Of a stretch of DNA of 28,652 nt, positions 25,767 to 28,652 are shown piece by piece (positions within the stretch are counted from its first letter, which is position 1; each line of letters opens with the position of its first letter). Location of the stretch: contig JBJTRZ010000636.1 of NCBI GenBank assembly GCA_046076415.1, forward strand, positions 1-28,652, read 5' to 3'. The notes beneath the pieces were generated by a model. The model was given only the letters and a program-made list of their open reading frames with translations, had not been told where the DNA came from and ran no database searches. This stretch comes from Armatimonadota bacterium. Its GTDB lineage: Bacteria; Armatimonadota; Armatimonadia; Armatimonadales; Armatimonadaceae. A program made the position numbers and the translations under genes.

Positions 25767-27046
25767 CCCGATCCTGGCCCGTGGATTCGGCGACCCTCGA
25801 CGCACGCCGGACCCGTCTCGCGGCGGAATGGAAATTGGAGGCGGACGAGGCCGTCGTGGTCGCCGCCGGCACGCCGATTCCGCGGCCCGGAGGTCAGGAC
25901 CAATGCCTGCCGTATCGGGTCCATCCCCATTTCCGCTGGCTCACGGGGTTGACCGAGGCGGGCGGAATGCTCGCGTTCGATCCCTCCGACGGGTGGACGG
26001 AGTTCCTGCCGACGCCCACGCCGATGGACGCGGTGTGGGAGGGACGTTTGCCGCTGGGACGCGGTCGCGACATCGGGGAGTACGAGGGTTGGCTGGCCGC
26101 GCGCGCCGGCCGCACCGTCCATCGGCTCGGATGCGGCCACGATGCTCCCGAGGATGCGCGGGCGGATGCGCTCGAACGCGCGTTCCTGCATGCCCGTCGC
26201 CCCAAGGACGCGGACGAGTTGGTGTTGTTGCGCCGTGCGGTGGCCGCCACGGCCGTTGGATTCGCCGAGGCCCGCGCGCTGCTGGCGGAGGGAGTCACCG
26301 AGCGCGCCGTGCAGATCGCGCTCGAGTCGGCGAGTTTCCGAGCGGGTGGCGAAACGATGGGCTACGACACCATTGTGGGTTTCGGTCCGACGTCGGCGAT
26401 TTTCCATGCCGCGCCCGGTGGCCGAGCGCTCGCCGCCGGGGATCAGGTGCTGGTCGACGCGGGCGCCGAGGTGGAGGGGTACACCGCCGATGTGACCCGC
26501 ACTTGGCCGGGACCGGGCGGATTCACGGCGCTGCAAAAGGACTGTTTCGACCTGCTCTCCGCGGTGGAGACCGCCGCCTGCATGGCGTGCCGCCCTGGAG
26601 TGGAATGGCACGACATCCATCGGCTGGCGGCGCGGGGCATCGCGGAGGGGCTGCGCGGGTTCGGCCTGCTGCGCTGCGGTGCCGACGAAGCGCTCGAAAC
26701 CGAGGCGATCGCCTTGTTCTTCCCGCACGGGGTCGGGCACTTGGTGGGGCTGGGTGTACGGGATGCCAGCGGAACCGGGCCGGGGCGGCCGGTGAAACGG
26801 CGCTGCTGCGGCACCACGCCACGGTGCGACCTGATCCTCGAGCCGGGCTACGTGGCCACGGTCGAGCCGGGAATCTATTGCATTCCCACGTTGCTCCGCG
26901 ACCCGGACCTCCGGGCACGGTATGCGGGGCAGGTGGCTTGGGACCGTGTGGACGCGTGGATGACTCCGGGCGGTTTCCGTATCGAGGACGACATTCTGGT
27001 GACTCACGGGGAACCCGAGAATCTCACCGCGGGTATTCCGCACTGA
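25763..27046 (+). CDS. M24B metallopeptidase (Xaa-Pro aminopeptidase/prolidase-like)
   Basis: Metal ligands VDAG, ADVTRT, HGVGH, TVEPG and RIEDD, plus N-terminal F(R)WLTG. ATGA overlap with the epimerase stop. Confidence 0.9.
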   Translation: MTRSWPVDSATLDARRTRLAAEWKLEADEAVVVAAGTPIPRPGGQDQCLPYRVHPHFRWLTGLTEAGGMLAFDPSDGWTEFLPTPTPMDAVWEGRLPLGRGRDIGEYEGWLAARAGRTVHRLGCGHDAPEDARADALERAFLHARRPKDADELVLLRRAVAATAVGFAEARALLAEGVTERAVQIALESASFRAGGETMGYDTIVGFGPTSAIFHAAPGGRALAAGDQVLVDAGAEVEGYTADVTRTWPGPGGFTALQKDCFDLLSAVETAACMACRPGVEWHDIHRLAARGIAEGLRGFGLLRCGADEALETEAIALFFPHGVGHLVGLGVRDASGTGPGRPVKRRCCGTTPRCDLILEPGYVATVEPGIYCIPTLLRDPDLRARYAGQVAWDRVDAWMTPGGFRIEDDILVTHGEPENLTAGIPH

Positions 27047-27063
27047 GGAGGGTGGCCGTGGGG

Positions 27064-28652
27064 ATGCGACGGTCCGGGGCAACGGGATTGGCGGCGGCGT
27101 TCGCGCTGGCGTGCGGCGCGGCGGTTCCGGCCCCGCCGCCGGCCGTCGAACGCCCGGCGCGGTTCGCCGAGGACCGCTTCGAATCGTCCGTCCGCCCGGT
27201 GCTGCTTTCCCAGTGCGTTTCCTGCCATGGGCCCGCGCGGGCCGAAGCGGGCCTCCGCCTCGACCGTGCTCCGGGAGCCAAATGGGGGCCGCGCATCGCG
27301 CAGGCGGTGCGGGGCGAGGGGGCGGTCGCGATGCCGCCCACGGGAAAGCTTTCGCCCGAACGGGTCGACGCGCTGGGTGCCTGGGGATCCGCCGGGGCGC
27401 CTTGGCCTTCGGCGGTGGCTCGACCCAAATCCGGGCAAACCCACTGGGCATTGCTGCCCGTCGCCCGACCGCTTCCGCCGCGCGACCCGGATCGTCGCTG
27501 GAACGACAATCCCATCGATGCGTTCGTGCGCGAAGGTCAGCGCCGGGCCGGACTTTCGCCCGCGCCCGAGGCTGATCGGCGGACCCTGATTCGGCGGGCC
27601 ACCTGGGAATTGACCGGCCTGATCCCGACCCGCGGGGAGGTCGACGACTTTTTGGCGGACGCAGCTCCCAACGCGTTCGAGCGCGTCGTGGATCGTTTGC
27701 TCGCCTCGCCCGCGTACGCCGAACGGCAGGCGCGCCACTGGTTGGATCTGGTGCGCTACGCCGACACGAAGGGCTACATCTACACGGGGGAACCGCGCTA
27801 TCCGTTCGCGTGGACGTTTCGCGACTGGGTGGTCGACGCGTTCGATCGCGATGTTCCCTACGACCGTTTCCTGATGCTGCAGATCGCGGCGGATCGGATG
27901 CCCCGCGCCGAGGACCGCGATCTGGCGGCGCTCGGGTTTTTCACGGTGGGACGTCGTTTCGTCAACAACGTGCCGGATGTGTTGGACGACCGTATCGACG
28001 TGCTCGCCCGCACGACGATGGGGCTCACCGTGGCCTGCGCGCGCTGCCACGACCACAAGTTCGATCCGATCCCCACCACCGACTATTACGCGCTCTACCA
28101 AGTGCTGGCGTCCTCGACCGAGCGCTTCGTTCCGATCGGAGGTCCTCGTCCGGCTCCGGATTCGGCGCACGCGGTGGAACTGCGCAAACGCACCGCAGCG
28201 CTTTCCGACGCGTTCCAGGCCGCCCGGCGCGAGGCGCGCGACCGCATGCGTCGCCAGGCCGACCGGTATCTCGCGGCGGTTCCCCACGTGGCGGAATTGC
28301 CCGGAAACGACTTTTACGTGATCCTCGCCGACGAGGACGTGAACCCGGCGCTGGTGCGGCACTGGAAGGAATGGCTCGACCACCACGCGCGCCCGGACCA
28401 TCCGGTGCTCGGCGCCTGGGCCACGTACGCCGCGCTGCCTCCGACCGACTTCGCCGCGCGCGCGGCGGCGGTTCGCCCCGGTGCGGCGTGGCCCGCGACG
28501 CTCCGCTCCCGATTCGCGACGGTTCCGAAATCGATGGACGACGTGGCGGCGCGGTATGGCGCCTGGTTCGTGGCGGTCGACAAGGAAGTGCGGGCGCGCG
28601 AATCCGCGGGGGCACCGGGGCCGCTGGCGGATCCCGGCGACGAGGCGGTGCG
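27064..28652 (+). CDS. Planctomycete-type cytochrome c / DUF1549 protein (PSCyt family), partial and running off the window
   Basis: Absent from the ORF track; read by hand from ATG 27064. Signal peptide, VRPVLLSQCVSCHG (CxxCH at 27214-27228), HWA, NPIDAF, RRTLIRRATWELTGL, HWLDLVRYADT, FRDWV and CARCHDHKFDP (28036 onward). Confidence 0.9.
   Translation, partial: MRRSGATGLAAAFALACGAAVPAPPPAVERPARFAEDRFESSVRPVLLSQCVSCHGPARAEAGLRLDRAPGAKWGPRIAQAVRGEGAVAMPPTGKLSPERVDALGAWGSAGAPWPSAVARPKSGQTHWALLPVARPLPPRDPDRRWNDNPIDAFVREGQRRAGLSPAPEADRRTLIRRATWELTGLIPTRGEVDDFLADAAPNAFERVVDRLLASPAYAERQARHWLDLVRYADTKGYIYTGEPRYPFAWTFRDWVVDAFDRDVPYDRFLMLQIAADRMPRAEDRDLAALGFFTVGRRFVNNVPDVLDDRIDVLARTTMGLTVACARCHDHKFDPIPTTDYYALYQVLASSTERFVPIGGPRPAPDSAHAVELRKRTAALSDAFQAARREARDRMRRQADRYLAAVPHVAELPGNDFYVILADEDVNPALVRHWKEWLDHHARPDHPVLGAWATYAALPPTDFAARAAAVRPGAAWPATLRSRFATVPKSMDDVAARYGAWFVAVDKEVRARESAGAPGPLADPGDEAV

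Overview
GC-rich bacterial chromosomal window with no rRNA, tRNA, CRISPR array or mobile element that I can support. A secretin (diderm envelope), a PASTA-type Ser/Thr kinase fold and a planctomycete-type cytochrome c protein together suggest an Armatimonadota-like host (inference only). Contents in order: (1) a type IV pilus/T2SS-like operon (pilM tail, pilN, pilO, PilP-like lipoprotein, stand-alone secretin-N-domain protein, secretin); (2) a translationally coupled aroK-aroB-small ORF-PASTA kinase-rpe-membrane ORF-ribD-ribE-ribBA run; (3) minus-strand sigma-70 factor, DinG helicase, fabI and a large secreted glycoside-hydrolase-like protein; (4) two tandem Spy/CpxP-like proteins; (5) pyrG, terC, a PHP phosphatase and a small ORF; (6) an SDR epimerase, an M24 peptidase and a partial cytochrome c/DUF1549 protein. 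Best leads: Gly/Met-rich modules on four components of the pilus machine, including a 25-aa block identical in PilN and PilO that differs only at synonymous sites; a barrel-less secretin paralogue; a probable PknB-like pseudokinase; a probable GH-A pseudo-glycosidase; and a sigma factor with a W-to-Q change in the promoter-melting Trp dyad. Many starts in the ORF track are over-extended and were reassigned by hand from SD motifs, stop/start overlaps and family N-termini.
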